A DNA stretch of 64,000 bases from the NCBI GenBank assembly GCA_041672465.1, contig JBAYZO010000004.1, positions 4,951-68,950 on the forward strand, in the 5' to 3' direction. Positions 54,936 through 64,000 of the stretch are shown piece by piece. Both the position numbers and the translations under genes were made by a program. The stretch comes from Eubacteriales bacterium. GTDB lineage: Bacteria; Bacillota; Clostridia; Oscillospirales; CAG-382. The notes below the pieces were generated by a model that was given only the letters and a program-made list of their open reading frames with translations, was not told the origin of the DNA and did no database searches. Position 1 is the first letter of the stretch. Each line of letters begins with the position of its first letter.

Positions 54936-57446
54936 CTATAACAAAAACGAGACTATCCCCACCGGCGCGAGCCAGATAAGCTGGTACAAAACCGGGTACC
55001 ATGAGGGAAGACTTAGCATTTGGCCGGTAAAAGCCAAGAAAAACGACACGAAAAACGCGATGGCAAGGGAGAGCACGCTTATTATGCCGTTTGCTTTTGT
55101 GACATGGCGTATTTTATCGCAGACAATAAACATTTTTAAGAAAGTGTGCAGCGAGGCGTTGACGACTATCCCCGAATCGGTTTTTTCGTTTTCCCCCTCC
55201 ACGTCCCGGACATCCCCCGCTTTTAAAATTGAAATCGGGGTTTTTTTGTATTTTACCGCCTGTTCCACAAGGGCGTTTGTAATATTAGGGTCGGTGGTTT
55301 TTATCCCCACGCACATTCCCGCCTTGTAAAGGTCGCGGAGCAGCGAGTTGAACTGAGGGTTAAGCGTGTAGCGTATATAAACTTTGGCGATAAGGCTGTC
55401 GTTTAGGGTGACATACATGACAGAGCCGTTTCTGCGCTCAAAAGCCAGATCAGACTCGTCATAGGGCGCCTCAAAACGGTAGCGGCGCAAATAGTTCCGC
55501 TTGCCCAAAAACATTTCCCTGCCGTCTATGACCACGCATATGCCGTCGGAGGCCGATTCAATGAGTTTTGGGTTTTGGGGCGGCTCAACCCCCCTTGTCA
55601 TCATGCTCCCCGTCACGGCTTTTAGCGGTCCGCCCACAAACGAAAAGACTTGAATAAGGTCGTGTATGATTTTATCGATCCTATAATTGCCGTAAACTTT
55701 TATCGAGGTTATCTTAACAAGATTTGAGGGGTACACTTCGGTGTCCGCGAATGAGATAACCGAGGCGTCGGCGTATTCTTCGCCCACGGCGTTGCCTATG
55801 AACGCCGAGCCGTTTTTCTTGCCTATGCGGTTGGCGGCTATCACGGGGAGGGAGATAATGAAAAATGAGGAAATCGGAAGCGAAAACGCCATGGCTTTGG
55901 TATAAATGGTAAACGATTCGTAAAAAGCCGAGCCCTCGTACATCACAAGCCCCATAAGGCAGACGGACGCCACAAACGAAAGGGCAATTATAAACCCGTT
56001 TACCGATTCGCTCTCCGGCGGGGTGTGGAGACGCCTGAAAAAGCCCTCCACAAAATCAGTTTTCCGCGTGGTGTATATGGTCGATTCCTCAAACATATAT
56101 TTATAAAATTCCTCGGCCTCTTTTGTTCTTCCGGTGAGTTTTTCCGCGACATATTTTGACCTTGTGGACGCCACTATTTTAAAGCAGTGGTAATCTTTCC
56201 TGCACTGGAGGTATCTGACAAACGCCATACCCGCGCCAAGCGCGGCGGTGGGAAGACAGTAAAGCCCCAAAGAAACCTCTCCGTCAATAAAAACCGTCAC
56301 AAGGCAGTGGGAGGCCGAAACCAAAAACGAAACAAATAGCAGCGACTCGGAGTTTGCCTTTCCCCTAAACAGGTTGGCGGCACCCCTCTTTACGCTGTCG
56401 AGAAGCGTTATCGCGAAAAAGAATAAAAGCTGCAAATCCACCAGCGTGTAAATGACCCCGTACCTGCCCGGCCGGAGATAAGGGGAGTAAAACGACGAGC
56501 CCGGGGACGCGAGTTCGATATATAAAATGCCGAACCCTATTATCAGCGCGATAATAAACCTCGCCAGCGAAGCGCGGATTGCCTTTGTGAGCATTTCCTG
56601 AATTTCGCTGTTTTGCCCCCGCGACACATATTCATACGCCGGGGTCACGGGAGGGAGCTTTTGCTTTTTATAAGACTTTTTGCCCGCGGCAGCCTTTTCC
56701 GTTTCGGGCAGGTCGCCCTCAAGCATATCAAAGACAAGCCTTAAGTTCCGGTCTTTTGAGTCAAGTTCGGATTTCGGCGATCTCACGGGCGGGGTGTCGT
56801 CTATCATGGGGACTTGCCCGTCCTCACCCTCTTCGGTAAAATCAATAGCGCCGTTTTCGATTTTTTCGGAAAGATTGTCGTATTCTTCGTCGTATTCGGG
56901 GATAATCCCTTGGGGTTCGGGGATATAAATATCGCTTGTCTCGCTGTAATCAATAAACTTTTGCTGTTTGCCCCTGACTTCCTCGCCGCGCCTTTGGGTT
57001 TCGGTAAAGTGGTTTTGCCTGAAATCTTTGCCCCCTTTTTCAAGGAGAGCCTCTTTTTCCTCCAGATCTGACTGGGTGGCGAAACTTATAAGGTTATAAA
57101 GTTCCTCAACCCTGCGGCTCTTTTTGCGGCTTTCAAAGTTCCGGTAATAATTGAACAATTCCTTGTCGTTTGCCATATAGCCGTTAAGCGTCTGGCGGAG
57201 CGCGTCCGACGAAGTCTTTTCGTCAAGCAGCAACCGGGATTTTTGGGAATACTTATTTATTATCGCGTCGGCCTCGCTGGGATCTTTCGCGCCGGAGATT
57301 ATGTTTTCGTCATCCCGCCTTTTCGGCTCTTCGGATTTTTCGCCGTCCGGCGGGGTTTCGACCGGATACTTCGTTAATCGAAGTTTTTCGTTTTCGTCTT
57401 CGGCGCTCTGCAGTATTTGATTTATATTGAATTTTGGTTTTTGCAT
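54936..57446 (-). CDS. P1B-type ATPase-like membrane protein lacking catalytic motifs, with charged N-terminal extension
   Basis: 836 aa with about 290 K/E/D-rich residues followed by 8 predicted TM segments in P1B-like order. By hand alignment SLP replaces CPC, ISFADTEV replaces FDKTGT, and TTDPN replaces TGDN. Confidence 0.5.
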   Translation of the reverse strand: MQKPKFNINQILQSAEDENEKLRLTKYPVETPPDGEKSEEPKRRDDENIISGAKDPSEADAIINKYSQKSRLLLDEKTSSDALRQTLNGYMANDKELFNYYRNFESRKKSRRVEELYNLISFATQSDLEEKEALLEKGGKDFRQNHFTETQRRGEEVRGKQQKFIDYSETSDIYIPEPQGIIPEYDEEYDNLSEKIENGAIDFTEEGEDGQVPMIDDTPPVRSPKSELDSKDRNLRLVFDMLEGDLPETEKAAAGKKSYKKQKLPPVTPAYEYVSRGQNSEIQEMLTKAIRASLARFIIALIIGFGILYIELASPGSSFYSPYLRPGRYGVIYTLVDLQLLFFFAITLLDSVKRGAANLFRGKANSESLLFVSFLVSASHCLVTVFIDGEVSLGLYCLPTAALGAGMAFVRYLQCRKDYHCFKIVASTRSKYVAEKLTGRTKEAEEFYKYMFEESTIYTTRKTDFVEGFFRRLHTPPESESVNGFIIALSFVASVCLMGLVMYEGSAFYESFTIYTKAMAFSLPISSFFIISLPVIAANRIGKKNGSAFIGNAVGEEYADASVISFADTEVYPSNLVKITSIKVYGNYRIDKIIHDLIQVFSFVGGPLKAVTGSMMTRGVEPPQNPKLIESASDGICVVIDGREMFLGKRNYLRRYRFEAPYDESDLAFERRNGSVMYVTLNDSLIAKVYIRYTLNPQFNSLLRDLYKAGMCVGIKTTDPNITNALVEQAVKYKKTPISILKAGDVRDVEGENEKTDSGIVVNASLHTFLKMFIVCDKIRHVTKANGIISVLSLAIAFFVSFFLAFTGQMLSLPSWYPVLYQLIWLAPVGIVSFLL

Positions 57447-57523
57447 ATTCCACTCCAGTCAAAGGCCAAGCCAAAAACACAGATTTAATTTATTCTCTTT
57501 ATTCTCTCTTTGCCGAAAAGTCT

Positions 57524-58315
57524 TTATAAAAGCCGCCTTTGTCTCGCCGCCTCGAACAAAATAACCGACGCCGCCGAAGAAACGTTAAGCGAGTTAAGCC
57601 TGCCGTACATGGGTATGGATATAACGAAATCGCTTTTTTCGCGGACAAGCCTGCTCACGCCCTCCCCCTCGCTCCCGAAGACAAAAGCCGCCGGACGGTT
57701 TAAGTCCGTGTCGTAAACCGAGCTGCCCGACGGTTCGGCGGAGTAGACCCAGATCCCGCGGGACTTTAAAGTTTCAATTGCAACGGCGATATTCCCCACT
57801 TTTGCCACGCCGATATGGGAGTCCGCGCCCGCGGCCGCCTTTGAGGCGGCGGCGCTAAGGGTTGCCGAGTTCCGCTTCGGGATAATCACCCCGTGCGCCC
57901 CGGCGCATTCGGCGCATCTTATGACAGCTCCCAAGTTGCGCGGGTCATAAATATGGTCAAGCACCACCAAAAGCGGGGCTTCGCCCTTTGACTCGGCCGC
58001 CATAATCAGCTCTTCCGGCGTGGCGTAGTCTCGCTCCGGGACAAGCGCGACCACTCCTTGGTGGTCGGGGGAATAAGAATCAAGTTTTCGCTTGTCAACC
58101 ATGGCGACGGGGATACCCAAAGACTTTGCCTTTGAAACTATTGCCGTTATCCTGCCGTCGCGGGAGGGTTCGGGTATGTTTTTGTTGGTTTTATCGCTTA
58201 CGGCGCGCACTAAAATTTTATCAATATCCCGCCCGCTTTTTAAAAGCTCGCTCACCGCGTTTCGGCCGTACACCACACCCGCTGCCGAATCGGCGTCTCT
58301 GCCCTCATAAGCCAT
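57524..58315 (-). CDS. rlmB: 23S rRNA (guanosine-2'-O-)-methyltransferase RlmB (SpoU/TrmH family)
   Basis: 263 aa with VYGRNAVSELL, a SpoU_sub_bind region and the C-terminal knot motifs FGSEGEGVS and IPMYGRLNSLNVS. Confidence 0.88.
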   Translation of the reverse strand: MAYEGRDADSAAGVVYGRNAVSELLKSGRDIDKILVRAVSDKTNKNIPEPSRDGRITAIVSKAKSLGIPVAMVDKRKLDSYSPDHQGVVALVPERDYATPEELIMAAESKGEAPLLVVLDHIYDPRNLGAVIRCAECAGAHGVIIPKRNSATLSAAASKAAAGADSHIGVAKVGNIAVAIETLKSRGIWVYSAEPSGSSVYDTDLNRPAAFVFGSEGEGVSRLVREKSDFVISIPMYGRLNSLNVSSAASVILFEAARQRRLL

Positions 58316-58354
58316 TTGCGCACCCCGATTTTTTAATAGTTTTACCGTATTCTA

Positions 58355-58383
58355 ATTATAACATATAAATAAATATTTGTCAT
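58355..58383 (-). promoter_or_regulatory. Sigma-A type promoter of rlmB
   Basis: The reverse strand reads ATGACA, 17 nt, TATAAT, with TGT directly upstream of the -10. Confidence 0.5.
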
Positions 58384-58433
58384 CTATATTTCGTATATTT
58401 TAACTATTTTTTTAAGGCGGGCGAACGCCGCGC

Positions 58434-59201
58434 TCAATTAGCGCGGGGGGAGCTTTCAAAAACGCCCTCAAGCTCTTCCAACCTTTTCGCGGCGGTGACA
58501 AACTTTTTCCACTCTTCGGGGATATCTTTTTCCCCGTACATTTTAAACATGATAAACGCGTAAAACCCGATAATTCCGCCGTATGGGATGTATCTGAGCA
58601 ATATTAAAAAAATAAGCGAGATAAAATACACCTGCGAAAACAGCGAGGTCAAAAGGCTGAAAATCGGCTTAACGGGTTTTTCGGCAACACTTTTATACAG
58701 AACAAACAAAATAATCGCCGCCGCCGGAACCCCGGCGTAAGGGTTCGCGTACAAAGAAAAAAGGGCGAAAGCCGCGCCGAGAGACGCCTCCCGGAGAAGC
58801 AGGGCAAAGCCGTCGAACAGTCCCCCAAACGCCCCTCTGCAGGCGTAGGCCGAACTGTCCTCCCAAGGCTCGGGGAGGGTTTTTGCCTTGTTTTCCATAA
58901 ATAAGTCGGCTTTTCTAAGAAAAAACAGCCTGAACTTGTTAAAGGAGCGCGTTAAAACCTTCTCGCAGATAAAAAGCGCCAAAAATATTATGACATAAAT
59001 ATGGGTTCTGCCGTCACTTCCGGTGTCCTCAAAGGCAAGCGCCCCCGCCGAAGACAAAAATTTCATTCCGATAAAAAATTCCGAAAACGTCAGCGCGGCA
59101 ATAGTTGCCATAAGCAAAAAGAAAAAGAAAAGCGATATTTTATAAAACGAAAAAAATTCGGCGTATACGCGTTTTGCGGCTTTTGAAACCCGAAAAATCA
59201 T
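58434..59201 (-). CDS. Hypothetical polytopic membrane protein
   Basis: About 255 aa with 5-6 hydrophobic segments. I prefer the ATG at 59201 (GGGAGG upstream) over the TTG at 59270. Confidence 0.4.
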   Translation of the reverse strand: MIFRVSKAAKRVYAEFFSFYKISLFFFFLLMATIAALTFSEFFIGMKFLSSAGALAFEDTGSDGRTHIYVIIFLALFICEKVLTRSFNKFRLFFLRKADLFMENKAKTLPEPWEDSSAYACRGAFGGLFDGFALLLREASLGAAFALFSLYANPYAGVPAAAIILFVLYKSVAEKPVKPIFSLLTSLFSQVYFISLIFLILLRYIPYGGIIGFYAFIMFKMYGEKDIPEEWKKFVTAAKRLEELEGVFESSPRAN

Positions 59202-59292
59202 TCTGCCTCCCCCCGCTTTTTTAGTTGCCGCTCTTGTAAAAACCCCGAAAACATGATAAACTGCTTTCAATCCATAAAAGGAAGGGCGTAAA

Positions 59293-60285
59293 ATGAGCCT
59301 TAAAGAGCTTATTGTAAATAAAAACGACTCGTCTCGGCGGCTTGATAAGTTTATTTTTAAGTGCTTTGACGGTCTTCCGGCAAGCCTTGTCTATAAGTTT
59401 ATCCGCACAAAGCGAATTAAAGTCAACGGGAAAAGAGCAAAGGAAAACCTTATGCTTAAAGAAGGGGACAGGGTTTTGGTCTTTCTCCCCGCAGATTTTG
59501 ACGCTCCGGCGGAGCCGGGGCGGGCAAATATGCGGAAACCGTCCGGTAAGGTTAAAATCTGCTATGAGGACGAAAACATTTTAATAGCCGACAAAGAAAA
59601 GGGACTGCTCTGCCACAGCGGCGGCAATGAGAGGAGCGACACCCTGATAGACAGGATACAAGCCTATTTGATTGAGAAAGGGGAGTACAACCCGAAAGAG
59701 GAAAACTCCTTTTCCCCCTCGCTTTGCAACCGCATTGACCGCAACACCGAGGGGCTTGTGATTGCCGCCAAAAACGCCGAGTCGCTCAGGGTGATGAACG
59801 AAATCATTAAGCGGCGGGAGGCCGAGAAATATTATCTCGCCGCCTGCCACGGGATATTTAAAAGAAAAAAGGGCGGAATGGTTTCTTACCTTAAAAAGAA
59901 TTCCGCCTCAAACACGGTTTATGTTTCAACAACCCCAAACCCCGGCGCCAAGACCTCGCTTCTCGACTATGAGGTTATAGCCGAGGATAAAGACAAAGAC
60001 CTTTCCCTTTTGAAAATCAATTTGAAAACAGGGCGAACGCACCAGATCCGCGCCCAGTTGTCGCAGGCCGGTCACCCGCTTTTGGGGGAGGGAAAATACG
60101 CGGTGAATAAGCGCGACCGGGCGTGCGGCTTTTACTCGCAGGCGCTCTGCTCATGGGAGATTAAGTTTTGCTTTAATTCCGACAAAGGAGCTTTAAATTA
60201 CCTTAACGGACTTAGGGTAAGAGCGGAAAAACCCGACTTTATAAGGCTTTTTAGCGCTATGACTGTTCAATTCCCCGGAGAATAA
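59293..60285 (+). CDS. RluA-family pseudouridine synthase (RluC-like)
   Basis: An S4 domain (RLDKFIF...IRTKRIKVNGK), NRIDRNTEGLVIAAK and GRTHQIRAQL. Confidence 0.85.
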   Translation: MSLKELIVNKNDSSRRLDKFIFKCFDGLPASLVYKFIRTKRIKVNGKRAKENLMLKEGDRVLVFLPADFDAPAEPGRANMRKPSGKVKICYEDENILIADKEKGLLCHSGGNERSDTLIDRIQAYLIEKGEYNPKEENSFSPSLCNRIDRNTEGLVIAAKNAESLRVMNEIIKRREAEKYYLAACHGIFKRKKGGMVSYLKKNSASNTVYVSTTPNPGAKTSLLDYEVIAEDKDKDLSLLKINLKTGRTHQIRAQLSQAGHPLLGEGKYAVNKRDRACGFYSQALCSWEIKFCFNSDKGALNYLNGLRVRAEKPDFIRLFSAMTVQFPGE

Positions 60286-60877
60286 GCCCCAGCAGTTCCC
60301 CCCGTCCGATCCCCTTTACCGATGAAAACGGAACCACCGGCGTTTCGGGACTGAGAAGCTCATAGCTTTGTATTTTTTTAAGGCTTTCGGTTTGTTCGGC
60401 GGAGTTTAGCTTATCCCATTTTGTGCAAACCACAATATACGGCAGGGAAAAATGATTCATCCACTCAAACATAACGTTGTCGTCGGGCGTGGGGCCGATT
60501 TTCCCGTCCACAAGCTGAACGATAAGACTTAGCGCGGCGTTTTCCTCAAAATACGCCTGTGTCATCGCCGACCACTTTTGTTTTTCCGCGTGTGAGCGTT
60601 TGGCGTAACCGTAACCGGGGAGATCCACAAAAAACAGCCTGCCGTCAACTTTATAATAGTTGGCGGTTATTGTTTTCCCGGGCGAGGATGAAACTCTGGC
60701 GAGCTTTTTCCTAAGCAGCAGCGCGTTTATCAAACTTGACTTGCCCACGTTTGAGCGGCCGGAAAAAGCCACCTGCGGAAGCCCTGTTTTAATATGCTGC
60801 CCGGGCGAGCCCGCCACGGAGGACAGCGAAATATTGTTTAGGTTAAGCCGGCTGATATTCATAATACCCTCAAGCAT
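60257..60877 (-). CDS. engB: Ribosome biogenesis GTPase YsxC/EngB
   Basis: Motifs GRSNVGKSSLINAL, DLPGYGYA and CTKWDK, directly downstream of lon as in Bacillus. The start is uncertain (60877, 60862 or 60913). Confidence 0.85.
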   Translation of the reverse strand: MLEGIMNISRLNLNNISLSSVAGSPGQHIKTGLPQVAFSGRSNVGKSSLINALLLRKKLARVSSSPGKTITANYYKVDGRLFFVDLPGYGYAKRSHAEKQKWSAMTQAYFEENAALSLIVQLVDGKIGPTPDDNVMFEWMNHFSLPYIVVCTKWDKLNSAEQTESLKKIQSYELLSPETPVVPFSSVKGIGRGELLGLILRGIEQS

Positions 60878-60885
60878 CTTCGAAC

Positions 60886-63231
60886 TTATTCCTCGGCCGC
60901 TTCTTTTTCCCAAAGCGCGATGGAAATAACCTCGTCGATTTTTGAAACTCCGCGGAAAACAATGTTTTGCTTTATGTCGTCGTCAAACTCTTCAATATCT
61001 TTTTCGTTCCCCTTTGGGATAACCACCGTCTTCGCCCCCGCTTTATAGGCCGCGACGGCTTTTTCTTTAAGCCCGCCTATTGGCAGAACTCTCCCCGTAA
61101 GGGTGATTTCCCCCGTCATGGCGACGCTTTGCCTAACTTTGCGCCCCGAGAGTTCCGACACTATCCCCGCGGCGATTGTTATCCCCGCCGACGGCCCGTC
61201 TTTGGGTATCGCCCCCTCGGGAACATGGATATGTATGTCATATTTTTTATGGAAATCTTCTTCTATTCCAAACTCAAGGGCGTGCTTTCTTATGTAGCTT
61301 ACCGCCGCCCTCGCGGACTCTTTCATCACATCCCCCAAAGACCCGGTGAGCTCCAGCGTGCCGTTCCCCGGCATGGAAATGACTTCAATCCTAAGCATTT
61401 CGCCGCCGTACTGCGTCCACGCAAGCCCGTTCACCACCCCCGTCTCGTCTTCGTTATAAATCAAATCGGGGAGAAACTTGCGCGGACCCAAGTATTTAAC
61501 GGCGCCGGGCTCGTCGAATGTCGCGGATTTAAACCTGCCCTCGACTATCCCCCGCGCCGTCTTGCGGCAGACGGTGGCGATCTCGCGCTCAAGGTTCCTG
61601 ACACCGGATTCCTTTGTATAACCGTTTATTATTTCGAGAATCCCCGAGTCTTTAAACTTAAGGTTTGATTTTTTAAGCCCGTGACGCTTAAGCTGTTTTG
61701 GAATAAGGTGATTTTTAGCTATATTCAGCTTTTCGCCGTCCGAATACGAGTCCATCTCAATAAGCTCCATCCTGTCTATCAGCGGGAGCGGGATTGTGGA
61801 GGTGGTGTTCGCGGTGGCGATAAAAATACATTCCGAAAGGTCAAACGGAAGCTCGATAAAGTGGTCGCGGAAGGTTTTGTTCTGGTCGGAGTCAAGCACC
61901 TCGAGAAGCGCGGAAGTGGGGTCGCCGTGGGCGTCCTTGGTGAGCTTGTCCACCTCGTCAAGGAGAATAAGCGGATTTGAGGTGCCGGCAAGCTTAAGCG
62001 CGTTTATTATCCGCCCCGGCATGGAGCCGATATATGTCTTTCTGTGACCCCTTATTTCGGCCTCATCGCGGATTCCCCCTAACGCGATGCGGACATATTT
62101 CCGGTTTGAGGCGCGGGCGATGGACTTGGCGATAGATGTTTTCCCCACGCCCGGCGGCCCCAAAAGGCAGAGTATCTGCCCGCTGAGGTCGGGGGTGAGC
62201 TTTTTCACCGCGATAAACTCAAGCATGCGCTCTTTTACCTTTGAAAGCCCGTCGTGGTCTTCGTCAAGGATAACCTTTGCCTTTTTAATATCGGTGGTTT
62301 CCTTTGACATCTTGCCCCAAGGGAGTTCAAGACAGGTCTCTATGTAGTTTTTTATAACCGTCGCCTCGGGGGAGCCGAACTGCATTTTCTGGAGCTTGCG
62401 GTTTTCCTCAAGCAGCTTTGCCTCAACGGCTTTGGGGAGCTTTTTTGCTTTTATTTTGGATTTATACTCATCCTCCGCTTCATATTCATCGGATATTCCA
62501 AGCTCGTTTTCAATGGTTCGGAGCTGTTCGCGGAGGTAAATTTCTTTTTGAGTTTTGGAAAGCCGGCTTCTCACCTTGCTTTGGATTGTCCCCTCAAGCT
62601 CCATGATTTCAATTTCCCGCTCGAGTATCTCAAGCATCACGTCAAGCCTTTTTACGGGGTTCGCCTCCTCAAGCACCTTTTGCTTGTCCTGATATTTCAC
62701 CAAAAAAGCCGAGGCGATGAGGTCGGCGAAAACGCCGGGGTCCTCAATGGTTTTGGTCTCGTCAAGAATTTCTTTCGACGGTTTTGAAAAATACTGAAGA
62801 TAGTTTTCAAGGGTGGAAAAAACCATGGCAATCTTTTTTTTGGTGTCGTAATAATCGGCGTCGTATTCCACGTCTTTTATTATAATGTCAGAATAAAGCG
62901 TTTCTTCGTCGCTCCGCAGCGAGAGTATTTCCCCGCGGCGAAGTCCCTCTACCATAACCTGAAGGTTGCCGTTGGGGAGCTTAAACGCGTGTTTCATCTC
63001 CGCCAGCACGCCCACGCGGTATAAATCCGAAAAAGCGGGCTCTTCCACCGCCACGTCTTTTTGGGTTATAAGAAAGATTTCGTTGCTCTGCGAGGCGGAA
63101 AGCTTAACCGCCTTTATGGAGGATTTCCTTGAAATTTCAAACGATGTGGTTATCCCCGGGAAGACAACTATCCCGCGGAGCGCTATGGTTAAGAGCGTTT
63201 TGTTATCTATAGATTTTAATACCGATGCCAT
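60886..63231 (-). CDS. lon: ATP-dependent Lon protease (LonA)
   Basis: LON N-domain, Walker A GPPGVGKTS and the proteolytic site PKDGPSAG. I prefer the ATG at 63231 (AAGGA 8 nt upstream) over the TTG at 63255. Confidence 0.95.
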   Translation of the reverse strand: MASVLKSIDNKTLLTIALRGIVVFPGITTSFEISRKSSIKAVKLSASQSNEIFLITQKDVAVEEPAFSDLYRVGVLAEMKHAFKLPNGNLQVMVEGLRRGEILSLRSDEETLYSDIIIKDVEYDADYYDTKKKIAMVFSTLENYLQYFSKPSKEILDETKTIEDPGVFADLIASAFLVKYQDKQKVLEEANPVKRLDVMLEILEREIEIMELEGTIQSKVRSRLSKTQKEIYLREQLRTIENELGISDEYEAEDEYKSKIKAKKLPKAVEAKLLEENRKLQKMQFGSPEATVIKNYIETCLELPWGKMSKETTDIKKAKVILDEDHDGLSKVKERMLEFIAVKKLTPDLSGQILCLLGPPGVGKTSIAKSIARASNRKYVRIALGGIRDEAEIRGHRKTYIGSMPGRIINALKLAGTSNPLILLDEVDKLTKDAHGDPTSALLEVLDSDQNKTFRDHFIELPFDLSECIFIATANTTSTIPLPLIDRMELIEMDSYSDGEKLNIAKNHLIPKQLKRHGLKKSNLKFKDSGILEIINGYTKESGVRNLEREIATVCRKTARGIVEGRFKSATFDEPGAVKYLGPRKFLPDLIYNEDETGVVNGLAWTQYGGEMLRIEVISMPGNGTLELTGSLGDVMKESARAAVSYIRKHALEFGIEEDFHKKYDIHIHVPEGAIPKDGPSAGITIAAGIVSELSGRKVRQSVAMTGEITLTGRVLPIGGLKEKAVAAYKAGAKTVVIPKGNEKDIEEFDDDIKQNIVFRGVSKIDEVISIALWEKEAAEE

Positions 63232-63316
63232 TTTAATAATCCTTTTTTTAATCAATGCGTAAACTTTTTAGCGATTTCGCCTGCCGCTAATTAATTGAAA
63301 AATTTATTTTTCAACT

Positions 63317-64000
63317 TTAGAGACCCAATGATGCAGCCCCAATGATCCCCGCGTCGTTGCCTAAGGCGGCCTTGACGATAAGAGTTTTTTTGTCGCCGTA
63401 TCTAGAGTACTGCTCTTTTTCAACTATTTTTCTGACGGGTTCCAAAAGGTATTCGCCCTCTCCGGACACCCCGCCGCCAATTGTTATTATTTCGGGCTGG
63501 AGCAAGTTGATTAAATTTATAAGCCCGAGCGAGAGATAAAACACAAATTTCTCAACCACGGCCGCCCCTGCCTCGTCCCCCAGCCGGGAGGCGTCGAACG
63601 GGGTTTTCGCGTCAACTTTCGACAAGTCGTTGCCGCAAAGCCCCCACATAAGGGATTCGGGCTTTTTCGCCATTTCCTCACGTGACATTCTGATTAGAGA
63701 CGTGGCGGAGGCGAGCTTTTCCCAGCACCCTTTCCGCCCGCACTGACAGGGCGGACCCTGCGGGTCTATGACCATATGCCCGATTTCCGCGGCGGCGAAG
63801 TTAAAGCCCTCGTAAATTTTGCCGCCTATTATTATTCCCCCGCCGATGCCGGTGCCGAGCGTGACCATGATCGAAGTCGCGTATCCTTTCGCCCTCCCGT
63901 GGGAGGACTCCCCCTTTGCCGCGGCGTTGGCGTCGTTTTCTATGTAAACATCGTTTATCCCGGTGAGGGAGGCGATTTTTTTTGAAAGCGGATAGTTTAA
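63317..64000 (-). CDS. glcK: ROK-family glucokinase, C-terminal part (N-terminus beyond window end)
   Basis: Motifs LGTGIGGG and the ROK zinc motif CQCGRKGCWE. The reading frame stays open up to position 64000. Confidence 0.85.
   Translation of the reverse strand, partial: LNYPLSKKIASLTGINDVYIENDANAAAKGESSHGRAKGYATSIMVTLGTGIGGGIIIGGKIYEGFNFAAAEIGHMVIDPQGPPCQCGRKGCWEKLASATSLIRMSREEMAKKPESLMWGLCGNDLSKVDAKTPFDASRLGDEAGAAVVEKFVFYLSLGLINLINLLQPEIITIGGGVSGEGEYLLEPVRKIVEKEQYSRYGDKKTLIVKAALGNDAGIIGAASLGL

Noticed and set aside
60886-63231. Lon-like protease as a BREX BrxL-type or other defence component
   Set aside because: It is a full LonA (N-domain, AAA+, S16 protease) followed by engB, which is the conserved housekeeping lon-ysxC arrangement of Bacillus. 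No methyltransferase or PglZ-like neighbours are present.
1-64000. Search for tRNA, rRNA, CRISPR repeats, IS elements, integrases, reverse transcriptases, retron-like or DGR-like template/variable repeats
   Set aside because: I found no T-arm/acceptor-like GGTTCGAATCC-type sequences outside coding frames. I found no regularly spaced direct repeats of 24-40 bp, no long terminal inverted repeats, and no ORF with YxDD, DDE or tyrosine-recombinase signatures. A by-eye scan cannot exclude very degenerate elements.

Overview
This is a 64-kb chromosomal segment of an endospore-forming Firmicute, probably Clostridia-like. The evidence is spo0A, spoVT, rny-ymdB, and the Bacillus-type block yggS-sepF-yggT-divIVA-ileS-lspA-rluD. 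I count about 62 tightly packed protein-coding genes. I could not recognise any rRNA, tRNA, CRISPR array, transposase, integrase or reverse transcriptase.

Most genes are housekeeping:
- RNA and translation: RNase Y, IleRS, MiaA, QueA, RlmB, two RluA-family synthases, an EF-G2-like GTPase, EngB and RqcH.
- Cell division and protein turnover: Lon and the SepF/DivIVA block.
- Metabolism: proBA, hom, dapA, split transketolase, and the iorAB-paaK-ACT arylpyruvate module.

Accessory or unusual content:
1. A compact type IV pilus/Com-like operon (5.6-12.0 kb) has the pilins first and the ATPase last. Its prepilin signals are progressively degenerate. A distant orphan 367-aa pilin carries two C-terminal beta-rich repeats and may be an adhesin tip or fibre subunit.
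2. An 813-aa four-domain fusion (CoA-disulfide-reductase, rhodanese, TusA, DsrE) sits with thioredoxin and a Crp/Fnr regulator.
3. A Spo0A orthologue has Glu where the phospho-acceptor Asp should be.
4. An 836-aa P1B-type ATPase look-alike lacks DKTGT, CPC and TGE, so it is a candidate pseudo-enzyme.
5. A 1.4-kb AT-rich islet between miaA and queA carries a HigB/HigA-like toxin-antitoxin pair, a DUF2442 gene and a decayed DUF4160 gene.

Several near-consensus sigma-A promoters, intrinsic terminators and short operator-like repeats can be read directly.

I did not find a clear new multi-gene defence system. The items above are my best candidates for novelty.

All family calls come from motif reading of the supplied translations, with no database search. 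Start codons were adjusted by eye using RBS and promoter positions.
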